A stretch of DNA of 64,000 bases. Origin: an uncultured Methanoregulaceae archaeon. GTDB lineage: Archaea; Halobacteriota; Methanomicrobia; Methanomicrobiales; Methanospirillaceae. Positions 41,321 through 51,800 of this stretch are shown here, in pieces. The DNA lies in the NCBI GenBank assembly GCA_963717525.1, contig OY970343.1:2176001-2240000 (forward strand), written 5' to 3'. The notes under the pieces were generated by a model. The model was not told where the DNA came from and made no database searches. It was given only the letters and a program-made list of their open reading frames with translations. The position numbers were made by a program, and so were the translations under genes. How positions within the stretch are numbered: the first letter of the stretch is position 1; every line of letters begins with the position of its first letter.

Positions 41321-43012
41321 ATGGCCGGGGACGATATCAGGGCTGCCCTCTTCCTGTGCGCACTCCAGAATGCGGTGAAGCACGGGGGCATCCCCCAGAG
41401 CGGTGCGGTTATCGGAATGGTAATGGGTGCGCATCCCGAGCTGCGCAAGCAGGCAAAGGAGGTTTCCGGCCTTGCAAAGGATGCCATCGCGGATGTGGCG
41501 GCCCTCTCCCCGGACGAGCGGACCGCAAAACTCCAGGCTCTCTCCCCGGAGATGTTTGCCGCGCTCCACGAGAAGCACGAGCACAAAAAGGTGCTTCCCG
41601 ATCTTGAAAGTGCAGAGCATGGCGTCGTCATGCGGTTTGCGCCCAACCCCTCGGGGCCGCTTCATATCGGCCACGCCCGGGCGGCAGCGCTCAACGACGC
41701 CTACGTGAAGCAGTACGGCGGCCGGTATATCCTCCGGATCGAGGACACGGACCCGAAAAGGGTCGATCCCGACGCTTACGAGATGGTAAAGGAGGATATC
41801 AGGTGGCTGGGCCTTGGGATCACCGAGACCGTCACCCAGAGCGACCGGCTTCCCCTTTACTACGATCTCTGCCAACAGCTCATCGGGCGCGGCGGGGCAT
41901 ACGTCTGTACCTGCGAGAACGAGCACTTCAAAGCACTCAAGGATGCGAAGAAGGCCTGCCCCTGCCGCGACCAGCCAGAGGAAACCGCGCTCGCCCTCTG
42001 GGAGAAGATGCTTGAGGGGGACTTCAGGGAAGGGGAGGCCTCGGTCAGGGTCAAGACCGATCTTCTTCACCCGGACCCGGCGATGCGGGATTTCCCCATC
42101 TTCCGGATCCTCGATGCCCCGAAACATCCCCGGGTCGAGGCACACATCTACCCGCTCATGAACTTCTCGGTGGTCGCTGACGACCACCTGCTTGGCGTTA
42201 CGCACGTGATCCGGGGCAAGGACCATATCGCCAACACCCGGCGCCAGCGCTACATCTACGATCACTTCGGCTGGGAGGTGCCGGTCTACCGTCACTACGG
42301 GCGGATGGGCATCGAAGGCGTCGTGCTCTCCACCTCCCAGATGCGTCTCGGGATAACCGAGGGGAAATATACCGGCTGGGACGACATCCGGCTCGGTACA
42401 CTCAGGGCGCTTGCCCGCAGGGGGATCCTTCCCGATGCGGTCAAAAACGCGATGCTTGCAATCGGTATCGGCGAGACCGATATCTCGTTCTCGTGGGACA
42501 ACCTCTATGCCGAGAACAAGAAGCTGGTCGACCCGGTGGCAAACCGGTATTTCTTTGTGCCGGACCCGGTACCAGCCACGATTGAAGATGCCCCGCGCCG
42601 GACTGCCCATGCGATGCTCCACCCGGGCGATGCATCAAAAGGAGACCGGGGGCTCTCGTTTGAAGGGTCGGTCATACTGCCCGGAGCCGAGGTTGTACCG
42701 GGTGCGGCAATGGTGCGCCTCAAGGATCTCTTCAACGTGAAGATCGCGTGGGACGGTGATGCGCCTTCGTTCTCCTACGGCGGCGACTCTCTTGCCGAAG
42801 CCCGCGCAGCAAAAGCGCACATCATCCAGTGGCTGCCGGCGCAGCAGACCCTGTCCTGCACGCTTCTCACGATGGAGGGCGAGCTCAAAGGCGTATGCGA
42901 ACCTGCCGTAGCAGGAGAGCGGGGAAAGGTTGTGCAGTTCGAGCGGATCGGGTTTGTCCGGATTGACACGGTGACCCGGGACGGTGTCCTGGCATACTTT
43001 ACCCACACCTAA
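41321..43012 (+). CDS. gltX: glutamate--tRNA ligase
   Basis: RFAPNPSGPLHIGH, RIEDTDP, LSTS, QFERIGF. Confidence 0.98.
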   Translation: MAGDDIRAALFLCALQNAVKHGGIPQSGAVIGMVMGAHPELRKQAKEVSGLAKDAIADVAALSPDERTAKLQALSPEMFAALHEKHEHKKVLPDLESAEHGVVMRFAPNPSGPLHIGHARAAALNDAYVKQYGGRYILRIEDTDPKRVDPDAYEMVKEDIRWLGLGITETVTQSDRLPLYYDLCQQLIGRGGAYVCTCENEHFKALKDAKKACPCRDQPEETALALWEKMLEGDFREGEASVRVKTDLLHPDPAMRDFPIFRILDAPKHPRVEAHIYPLMNFSVVADDHLLGVTHVIRGKDHIANTRRQRYIYDHFGWEVPVYRHYGRMGIEGVVLSTSQMRLGITEGKYTGWDDIRLGTLRALARRGILPDAVKNAMLAIGIGETDISFSWDNLYAENKKLVDPVANRYFFVPDPVPATIEDAPRRTAHAMLHPGDASKGDRGLSFEGSVILPGAEVVPGAAMVRLKDLFNVKIAWDGDAPSFSYGGDSLAEARAAKAHIIQWLPAQQTLSCTLLTMEGELKGVCEPAVAGERGKVVQFERIGFVRIDTVTRDGVLAYFTHT

Positions 43013-43147
43013 ATCATCCGGGTTCTGCGGGAGAATGGTTCAGGTTCTCTGCACATACCTGCTTTTTTCCGGTTTTTTGTCACCGGTGTGCTGCCAAGCG
43101 GCAAGCAATTCATAATATTTTAATAACAATATACCCGATAAGCTTGT

Positions 43148-43342
43148 GTGGGAGATCCAACCGGTTACTACAAGTTTACTGATGACTTTCCTAGTGTAGC
43201 CGAGATAGAGAAATGGGTTGCCGGGCACCCGAACGCCGAGCAGCTTGCACAGATCATCGCCCGGTCGTACGATTACATACAGAAGTTACCCCTCAAAGGG
43301 GTCCAGGAAAAATATTTTGATGATGATCTCTCGTTAGCCTGA
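43148..43342 (+). other. small ORF or gene fragment, AT-rich
   Basis: 64-aa ORF, protein-like composition, GTG start with an in-frame stop just upstream. Confidence 0.35.
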
Positions 43343-43446
43343 GGTCATAACGAGAAGGTTTTGCTGATCGTTCGTCTTTCCTTCCTGCCGGAACACAGGA
43401 GATATACAATTATCCAGCACACAGGTATCCTGCGGAAGCGATCCAC

Positions 43447-44686
43447 ATGACAGGCCGGTCCCGGGAAAAATCTCCTGCATTCCACATGTACCTCGCAGGA
43501 TTCCATGGCCCGTCCGGAGAGCCTCTGGGGGTGAATCAGACCCCCGGCCCGAATCACATCCGGCAGTACACCGGGGAGTTCTGGACGTCCCGCCAGCGCC
43601 AGGCCTCCTCCCTCCATGAGATCTCCTACCGTGCCTGCTTCAAGCCCCAGCTGCCCGGATTTTTTATTGGGCTGCTCACCAGGGAGGGCGATGTCGTGTA
43701 TGACCCGTTTGGCGGACGGGGGACCACTGCACTCGAGGCCGGGCTCCTCGGCCGGCGGGTGATTGCAAATGATGTAAACCCGCTCTCGAAGATCCTTACC
43801 GAACCACGGCTTTCCCCCCCTCGTGCGGAGGAAGTGGTCGGGCGACTCGAAGCCATTCCCCGGGATGGTGACCGGGCAGACCGCGATCTCTCCATGTTTT
43901 ACCACCCGGATACCGAGCGTGAGATTGTGGCACTGCGCCGGTACCTGCTCGGGCGAAGGGAGGATGGCACCGCCGATGCGGTTGATCGCTGGATCGCGAT
44001 GGTGGCGACCAACCGGCTCGACCGGGCATTCGAGCGGTTTTTTCTCGGTCTATACCCTCCCCCCCAACCAGGCGGTATCGCAGAAAAGCCAGGAGAGGAT
44101 CAACCGGAAACGACGCCAGGTGCCGGAATACCGGGATACCCACCGGCTCATCGTGCGCAAGACAAAGAGCCTTGTTTCCGGCCTGACCGCTGCCGACATC
44201 GAGAACCTTCACCGCGCCGGCGTGGATGCCCAGTTCTTTACCGGTGACGCCCGGGCGACACCGGGCATCGGCCCGGATACGGTCCGGCTCACCGTTACGT
44301 CGCCGCCGTTCCTGGATATCGTCCAGTACCGGGAAGATAACTGGCTCCGGTGCTGGTTCTGCGGGCTTGACGAAGACGCCATCGGGCGCACCGTGACGAT
44401 GGCGCGGACAATCGGTGACTGGGAAGTGGTGATGGGGGAGGTGTTCAGGGAGCTGTTCCGTATCACCATGCCCGAAGGCTATGTGGCATTCGAAGTAGGT
44501 GAAGTGCGAAAAAAGACCGTCCGCCTCGAAGAACACGTGGTTCCGCTCGGCATCGACGCCGGGTTTACCGGTGAAGGTATCATCATCAACCAGCAGTCCT
44601 TCTCGAAGACCTCCCATATCTGGGGGGTCGGGAACAACCAGTCCGGCACCAACACAAACAGGATCGTGGTCTTTTCCAAGCCGTAG
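43447..44686 (+). CDS. amino-type (N4-C/N6-A) DNA methyltransferase, frameshift at ~44020
   Basis: Motif I DPFGGRGTT precedes motif IV TSPPF; removing one base gives TNRLTGHSSGFFS. Confidence 0.88.
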
Positions 44687-44810
44687 GCACCCCGGCCTTT
44701 TTTGTCATTTCTGCCCTTATCTTTGAATGCGGCTTGGAATCTCTCCGCAGTCCTCCGGCCGGTGCGGAGAATAAGCCAGTGTTAAGTATCCCGGGTGCCA
44801 AACTGTATCC

Positions 44811-46468
44811 ATGGTCACCCGTATCCGGCGGTATGCGCAGATCATCGATATCCTGTGGAAGTACGGTTTTGGTATTGCACTGGAGAAAGCGTTCCCGGGC
44901 AAGACCCGTTTCCGCCTTCCCGGGACGGAGCAGGCGCAGCCGGACCAGTCCACGGTGTATGAACGGGTGCGTCTCGCTCTTGAAGAGCTCGGGCCCACTT
45001 TTGTGAAATTCGGGCAGATCATGAGTACGAGGACGGAGATCTTCCCCCGGAGCTCATCACCCAGCTCAAGAAACTCCAGGATCATGCAAAACCGTTGCCG
45101 TTCTCTGAAGTCATCGGCGTGATACGGCAGACCTGCCCGAACCTGGAAGACTGGTTCTGCGAGATCGACGAGGCGCCGGTAGCGTCGGCCTCGATCGGGC
45201 AGGTTCATCGCGCGGTCCTCAAAGACGGGACCGTTGTCGCTCTTAAGGTCCAGCGCCCCGGGATACCGGAAGTTATCGAGAACGACCTCGCCATCCTCCA
45301 GTCCATGGCCGAGAGGATCGAGGCAGTCTTTCCCGAAAGCCGGATGTACAACCCCGCAGGCCTCGTGCAGGACTTCGCCACCCAGATAAGAAAAGAACTA
45401 GACTTCACCCGCGATGGCAGGAATGCGGAGCGGATGGCTCGCAACTTCCGGGACGTGCCGGGGATCCACTTCCCGAAGATCTACTGGGAATATTCATCCT
45501 CCCGGCTGCTCGTCATGGAGTTTGTTAAAGGTGTAAGGATCGACAATGTCGAGGCGATCACCGCACAGGGAAGCGACCCGCACGATATTGCGGTCCGGGG
45601 CTTCAACGCGTACCTGAAGATGATCTTCGAGGACGGATTTTTCCACGGTGATCCCCATCCCGGCAACCTGCTCATTTCGGAGATGGGAGACCTAGTCTTC
45701 CTTGACTTCGGCATTGTAGGGGTATTGCGCCCGGAGAAAAAGCAGCTCTTCATCAACCTGCTCTTTGCCATGACGACCGATGACGTCGACATGATCTTAA
45801 AGACGCTCGAAGGCTTTGGGATCTTTGTCGCCGAGGAAAACCGCGAAGCGCTCCGGGACGACCTCTACCTCATGCTGCACGATTTCGGCGGTGGGGACGA
45901 GATTGCCCAGTTCAATTTCGGCCTCATGATCAACGAGCTCACCGAGGTGATGCGGCGGTACAGCCTCAAGGTTCCCATGAGCCTTATGCTCCTGTTAAAG
46001 ACGCTCGTTATGGTCTTTGATGTGGCCGTCAGGCTTGACCCCAAGTTCAGCTTTGGCGGTGAAATTACGCCATACCTGCGCAAGCTTGCTGACTCCAACG
46101 TGCTCTCTGCCGGCTACATGAAGCGGGCGTCCAATTCGCTCCTTGAAGCGGTCGATGCGGCCTTTGACCTGCCCCGCAACGTAAACCTGATGCTCAAGCG
46201 CCTCTCGACCGGGACCGTCCGGCTCGAAGTGGTCGATACTGACTTAAAGAAACTCCAGATGGCACTTGACCGGGCCAGCGACAAGATCATGATAGGTCTC
46301 GTGGTGGCCGCGCTCGTGGTCGGGTCATCACTCGTGCTCCAGGCCTCGGCCATCGCCATACCAAAGGAGGTCATATGGGTTGCCATACTCGGTTATACCG
46401 CGGCGGTGCTCTGCGGGTTTTACGCGATCTATCATGTCATATTCCTGAAACTGCGGCTTGAGCGGTGA
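44811..46468 (+). CDS. AarF/ABC1/UbiB family kinase, frameshift at ~45046
   Basis: LGPTFVKFGQ, ASASIGQVH, KVQRP, HGDPHPGN, DFG; two C-terminal TM helices. Confidence 0.93.
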
Positions 46469-46489
46469 AGCCAGGGGGTCCATCTCTTT

Positions 46490-46996
46490 TTACCGATAGC
46501 GCTGCGTGCGGATGCATGCCCAGTGCTGTGCTTTTTGTGCCAGGCTCATGCGGGCGTACGCGGGACTGGTCGACGGCAGAATGATACCGGGCAATCCCGG
46601 GTTCATCCTTTTAAAGTAACGGCCGGCGGCGTTCCCGTTGAGTGCGATGCACCGGATTGTCGGGTGCACCGCGACAAACCCCCGGATATCGTTGGGGACC
46701 GGGTTCCGGATCGCGGTGTCCGCGCTCCTTTCGCGGGTGCAGGTACGAAGGACGTCCCAGAGTGCGATCCGGCGCTCTTTGAGCAGGGAAGTGCGGACGG
46801 TATAGGACATGGTGTGGTCAATCCCCAGTCGTAGTTCCATAATCTTCCAGAACTGGTTTTGCGGGTTGCCGTAATACTCACCCTTCGCAAGCGACTGGCG
46901 GCTTGGATAACTTCCGAGAATGAGGATCTCAGGGTCCGTGCCGGCGATGGGGGCGAGGCCGGGTTTTCCTGAGGGAGCGGGTGCCGTTCTGATCAT
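46490..46996 (-). CDS. DNA-deoxyinosine glycosylase (UDG family 6)
   Basis: LILGSYPS..SL, YY.NP.NQFW, LWDV, LPSTSPA. Confidence 0.9.
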   Translation of the reverse strand: MIRTAPAPSGKPGLAPIAGTDPEILILGSYPSRQSLAKGEYYGNPQNQFWKIMELRLGIDHTMSYTVRTSLLKERRIALWDVLRTCTRERSADTAIRNPVPNDIRGFVAVHPTIRCIALNGNAAGRYFKRMNPGLPGIILPSTSPAYARMSLAQKAQHWACIRTQRYR

Positions 46997-47027
46997 ACGG
47001 AAAATGCCGGTAAAAGAGAAGGTGCTG

Positions 47028-47309
47028 TTATGGCTTTTTGTAATAGAGCAGGCAGTGGCAGTGTCCTTCTTTTGCGATCTCGTCCTTGTGATAGATGCAC
47101 GGGCATTCTATGGCACGGTCGCGTTCCTCGTCCCCGCTCCGCAGGCGGCAGGGACAGTAGGGTCTCCCGAACTTCTTTTTGTTCCGTACAAGCCCCCGGA
47201 TAACCGTACTCAGGTGGCCTTCTTCGGGGTTGAGATCCCATCCGTTCTTGCGGGCGATCCCCTGCGCCCATTTAAGCATATCAGCTTCCGACTCAGAATC
47301 TTCTGCCAT
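47028..47309 (-). CDS. ferredoxin:thioredoxin reductase catalytic subunit-like protein
   Basis: CPC...CPC...CHC motifs. Confidence 0.9.
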   Translation of the reverse strand: MAEDSESEADMLKWAQGIARKNGWDLNPEEGHLSTVIRGLVRNKKKFGRPYCPCRLRSGDEERDRAIECPCIYHKDEIAKEGHCHCLLYYKKP

Positions 47310-47356
47310 GGTAGTCCGCCTCATCCCGGTGGTTACGAGTATTTTTTTAGGATCTC

Positions 47357-48145
47357 TTATGTGTTGTGGAACTTCTGCCGGGTCCGTTTTGAGGCCTTTT
47401 TTGGTGCTGCCGCTTTCTTTTTTGGCGTGGCGTCCTTTGGTCTCTTTGTGATCCGTGCTGCAACCCGGTTGTAGGTTGCCATCACGTCACCCTTGTTGAA
47501 CCGGTACACATCCTTGTCAAGAGATTCACCGGTCTTCTTGTCCCAGAGGCGCATCGAGTCCATGCTGATCTCGTCACCGAGGTAGATGGTCTTACCCTGT
47601 CGCCCGAACTCCATCTTGAAGTCCACGAGCGTTATACCCTGTTTTGCGAGCAGGGCGGAGAGGATTGTGTTGATCTTGAGCGCAATCGCTTTTATTTTCA
47701 TGAGCTCTGCCGGCGTTGCCAGTTTGAGCGCCACGATCAGGTCATCGTTGAGCATCGGGTCGTGCCGGGAGTCATCCTTGTAATCGATCACGATCACCGG
47801 CGATTTTAGCGGCATACCCTCCCTGAACGGGTAATTTCTCACGATAGACCCAGCGGCAAGGTTCCTTACGATAACCTCCAGCGGGATCATGGAGAGTTCG
47901 CGGACTGCCATCCTGTTCCCGTCCAGCATCTCAAGAAAATGTGTCTTTACCCCGTTCTTCTCAAGGCAGGAAAAGAAGAATGCCGAGACGCCGGCATTGT
48001 AACTGCCCTTGTTTTTCAGCGTATCTTTCCTGCCACCGTCAAACGCGGTGATGTCATCGCGGAACTCGACAATCAGCGTTCCTTTCACGTCGGTGTGATA
48101 GACAGATTTGGCCTTGCCGGTATAGAGGAGTTTTTTCTGCTTCAC
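47357..48145 (-). CDS. purC: SAICAR synthetase
   Basis: LYTGKAK, EVIVRN.AAGS, VDFKMEFG, DEIS.DSMRLWD. Confidence 0.97.
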   Translation of the reverse strand: MKQKKLLYTGKAKSVYHTDVKGTLIVEFRDDITAFDGGRKDTLKNKGSYNAGVSAFFFSCLEKNGVKTHFLEMLDGNRMAVRELSMIPLEVIVRNLAAGSIVRNYPFREGMPLKSPVIVIDYKDDSRHDPMLNDDLIVALKLATPAELMKIKAIALKINTILSALLAKQGITLVDFKMEFGRQGKTIYLGDEISMDSMRLWDKKTGESLDKDVYRFNKGDVMATYNRVAARITKRPKDATPKKKAAAPKKASKRTRQKFHNT

Positions 48146-49152
48146 GGTTGGGCGCTCCCTCCTCTCATACATTGGTCGAGCCGGTTTATTAGGGGTTGCA
48201 GGCCGGGGTCGTACCAGCCCATGCGGATGAACCGGGGGTAGATGCAGAGGCGCTCTTTGAGTGTCGCATCGCCCACGATCTTTCTGAGTTCATCAAGTGC
48301 AGGCCAGGGGTGCTCCGGGTTGACATAATCGATGGTGACCGGGGATATGCCCCCCAAGTCGTCGACCCCGCACCCGATGAGCCGGGAGGCATCGATGAGG
48401 TTGGGAGCTACCTGGATAGCGATCTCTTGGGGGAGGATCCGGCGTGCCATTTTTATCGTGTCACAGATCTCCTGCGTTTCCGGAACCCGGAACGCGGCCA
48501 TTGGGGTGTCGTTCTTGGGACAGAAGTTCTGGAGGATGATCTCCTGGATGTGCCCGTACTTCCGGTGGATGTCCCGGATTGCAATAAGCGAAGCTTCGCG
48601 ATCGGCTACGGTCTCCCCGATGCCAAGGAGCAGGCCGGTGGTGAACGGAATTTTGAGTTTTCCTGCGTCCTCCATCATCGCAAGGCGCACTTCCGGTTCT
48701 TTTCCCTTCGATCCGTTGTGTGCTGGTATCCGTGCTGTGGTTTCGAGCATCAGCCCCATGCTGGCATTCACGGCCCGGAGCCGCTTCATCTCGTCATACG
48801 TGAGGATGCCGGCATTCGTATGCGGGAGGATCCCGTGCCGTATGGCGAGCCGGCACATCGCCTCGCAGTAATCGAGGATAGTGTCATACCCGGTCTTTTT
48901 CAGGTATGCATCAAACCCCGGTTCTTCCTCCGGGTGCTCGCCAAAAGTAAAGAGCGCCTCGGTACAGCCGGCCTCTCTCCCGCGCACAAGGACGCTCTCC
49001 ACCTCATCCGGCAGCATGAGGCAACCGTCCTGGACAGGAGTGCGGAATGAGCAGTACCCGCACCGGTTGCGGCAGACGCTGGTGAGCGGCAGAAAAACGT
49101 TTTTTGTAAAGGTGATCACCCGGTGCTGCATACAATACGGTTCCTTTTGCAC
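48142..49152 (-). CDS. cofG: FO synthase subunit CofG
   Basis: ITFTKNVFLPLT..CRNRCGYC, EALFTFGE, SMGLMLE, DLGGISPVT. Confidence 0.96.
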   Translation of the reverse strand: MQKEPYCMQHRVITFTKNVFLPLTSVCRNRCGYCSFRTPVQDGCLMLPDEVESVLVRGREAGCTEALFTFGEHPEEEPGFDAYLKKTGYDTILDYCEAMCRLAIRHGILPHTNAGILTYDEMKRLRAVNASMGLMLETTARIPAHNGSKGKEPEVRLAMMEDAGKLKIPFTTGLLLGIGETVADREASLIAIRDIHRKYGHIQEIILQNFCPKNDTPMAAFRVPETQEICDTIKMARRILPQEIAIQVAPNLIDASRLIGCGVDDLGGISPVTIDYVNPEHPWPALDELRKIVGDATLKERLCIYPRFIRMGWYDPGLQPLINRLDQCMRGGSAQP

Positions 49153-49273
49153 AGGTTAAAAACTGGCGGCAGAGGCAGTATACCTGCGGGCATGCGCCAC
49201 TGCCGGATGGCATTTATATGATCCCGGCGAGATAGAATGTTCATAGGATACCAGGATTATCCCGTGATACGCC

Positions 49274-50326
49274 GTGATCCCCCTCATTATCATCGATGCA
49301 AAGCTCGACCGCTGTGCAGCGCTTGGAGACTACCTTGCCCGTGCCGGTGCGTACCGCGTGATTACCTCCGCTTCACCCGAGGTGACCATCAGCCGGAGCC
49401 TCGTTGCCGCCCGGGGCGTGGTGATCGCTGTCCAGGATGAGGGAGGAAACGGCATCCTGTTTTTGAGGAATCTGCGGGAGAAAAAGATTGATCTCCCGGT
49501 AATTATCCTCGCTGCAGCGTATGATCCGGACGATTTCCGCATCGCGGTGGCAAACCGCGCAGAGTATATGGTCATGGCAGGGGCCCCGAATTCCTGGTAC
49601 CCGGTGCTCGTGCAGCTGGTTGAGAAGGTGTCATCCATCCGACGGGCACAGGACGAGGTGGCGTTCCTTAACAAAAAACTCGACCTTGTCGGGAGTGTCA
49701 CCCGTCACGACGTGATCAACCAGCTTACTGCGGTCAGCGGATATACCGAATTGCTGGAAATGGTCGTTACTGATCCGCAGATGAAATCGTACATTGAAAA
49801 AGAACGCTTCGCTCTTGATAAGATCCGGCGGCAGTTCCAGTTCGCAAAGGACTACCAGAACCTCGGGACCGAGCATCCGGTCTGGCAGCCCCTCTCATCC
49901 GTGATCCGGCGTGCCACTGATCTCGTGACCATAAAAGGTGTCACCATCACGGATACCTGCGGAAATGCGTCCGTCTTTGCCGACCCGGTCCTTGAAAAGG
50001 CCATGGCCCAGCTGCTTGATAACGCCCTTCGCCACGGTCGCACGGTCACGGAGATCCGCATATCAGTGCAGGACGTTGAGATGGGGGGGCTTCTTGTTAT
50101 CGAGGACAATGGTGCCGGTATCCCGGCTGCCGACAAGGACCGGATCTTCGAGCGCGGGTTTGGCAGGTATACCGGGTGGGGGCTTTTTCTTACCCGGGAG
50201 ATGCTTGCGCTCACCGGTATGACGATTGCCGAGACAGGGGTGCCGGGCAAGGGTGCACGGTTCGAGATCCATATCCCCCCCGAATCATACCGGAAAGAAG
50301 GCAGCGGAAAAACGGCGGCTGCGTGA
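49274..50326 (+). CDS. histidine kinase with degenerate N-terminal receiver
   Basis: TRHDVINQL H-box, NALRHG, DNGAG, GWGL. Confidence 0.9.
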   Translation: MIPLIIIDAKLDRCAALGDYLARAGAYRVITSASPEVTISRSLVAARGVVIAVQDEGGNGILFLRNLREKKIDLPVIILAAAYDPDDFRIAVANRAEYMVMAGAPNSWYPVLVQLVEKVSSIRRAQDEVAFLNKKLDLVGSVTRHDVINQLTAVSGYTELLEMVVTDPQMKSYIEKERFALDKIRRQFQFAKDYQNLGTEHPVWQPLSSVIRRATDLVTIKGVTITDTCGNASVFADPVLEKAMAQLLDNALRHGRTVTEIRISVQDVEMGGLLVIEDNGAGIPAADKDRIFERGFGRYTGWGLFLTREMLALTGMTIAETGVPGKGARFEIHIPPESYRKEGSGKTAAA

Positions 50327-50362
50327 ACGACTGGCGTTGATAGGGATCTGACAGGGATCTTT

Positions 50363-50842
50363 TCACGGATCCCGGATACCCACGTAGATATCCACCTGCG
50401 GGTTCTTTTTATCGGTTAACCGGCTGTCATACACTTCGAAGTCGTAGGTGTACGTCCGGGGCAGGTCAGTTCCCCAGATCCCGGCCCAGATGCTGACCAC
50501 AGCATCCGGCATCGGTCCCCGTGCAGGGAAATATGCATAGGTCTGGGCCGGGATGTGCCGGACGGTCAGGCCCTTGAGCGGGGCCCCGGTTTTTATGACG
50601 CCACAACCGAGAAGATAGCTGTACTCGCCGGTCCAGTCTGACGCATAGTCAGAGTACACCGCGTACATCACCGGCGGGACGATCCGGTGGGGGACGCGTG
50701 CCGCCACACGAGTTGCAAGAAATTCTTTCCAGCAGGCCGGGATATCAGAAACGCTCCTGCCATCAGCGTTGCAGGTCCGGTACTCGATCCCTACAACTGT
50801 ACGTGCAGGGAGCCTGACGGTTGTATAAGGTGGCGCTTCCAT
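50363..50842 (-). CDS. GyrI-like small-molecule-binding domain protein
   Basis: VVGI..RT.N, YAVYSDY, RTYTYDFEVY, VDIYVGI. Confidence 0.85.
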   Translation of the reverse strand: MEAPPYTTVRLPARTVVGIEYRTCNADGRSVSDIPACWKEFLATRVAARVPHRIVPPVMYAVYSDYASDWTGEYSYLLGCGVIKTGAPLKGLTVRHIPAQTYAYFPARGPMPDAVVSIWAGIWGTDLPRTYTYDFEVYDSRLTDKKNPQVDIYVGIRDP

Positions 50843-50946
50843 ATTGCACATTATTGCCGGCGGATGATGTTAAAACCTGTATCCCGGGTATGCGTACGGG
50901 AGAAATCAGCACCTTTTTTTGATCGTCCTGCATATGAGCGTATCAC

Positions 50947-51590
50947 ATGTGTCCCCATGCACTGATTCCCTTTAAGCCAGCGGGTCCCAAGAGCCGCTCT
51001 CCGGGATACTCTCACCGGAGGAGCGGGAAGCATTTGCCCGTGCGATGCTCGAGGACGTTATCGCTGCGGCAAAGGATGCGAACTGCAGCCCGGTGATCGT
51101 TGCAACCGAGCTCTACGATTCCGAGGACATCCAGGTTACCATCGCAGACAAGGACCTGAGCGGGGCGTTAAACGAGGTGCTCTCGCAGGCAGTAGGGTCG
51201 GTCCTGATCCTCATGGCCGACCTCCCTCTCGCCACCGGGCCGGCTATCCAGCGGGTAGTCACTACAAAAAGCAATATTGCGATCGTCCCCGGAAGGGGCG
51301 GGGGAACAAATGCGATCTTTGTGGCCGAACCTGCAAAATTCCACGTCGATTACTACGGGATGAGTTTTTCAAAGCACCTGCGAATCGCACAGGAAGCCGG
51401 GCTTTCCTGTGAGGTGATCGATTCGTTCCTGCTCCACACGGACATCGATGAAGAGGAAGACCTGGTAGAACTCCTGACCCATGGGACGGGTAAAAGCAGG
51501 AAATACCTTGAAGATCTCGGCTTTACCCTCTCCGCAGAGAACGGCCGGGTCAGTGTGAAGCGGAAGAATGTATCCTCTCCGCGTGCCTGA
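50947..51590 (+). CDS. cofC: 2-phospho-L-lactate/PEP guanylyltransferase CofC, frameshift at ~50997
   Basis: MCPHALIPFKP..PKSR|LSGILSPEEREAFARAML; MADLP, GGGTNA, DIDEEEDL. Confidence 0.92.
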
Positions 51591-51800
51591 TCCGTTTTTT
51601 CTGGATGACAGTTCAGGCAAACCTTTGCACCGCATACCAAAACCGTCTTCCCTTTTTTCAGGCACCACAATACCCGCTGGTACTCTATCCTAAAGTGCAT
51701 CGTGCGCAAATACATGGAGTGTCAGACAAAATTATCCGGCATATATTCCGGACCGGTGAAGACCTTGGAAACAACAGCACAACCGGAACCAGGTTCCCGC

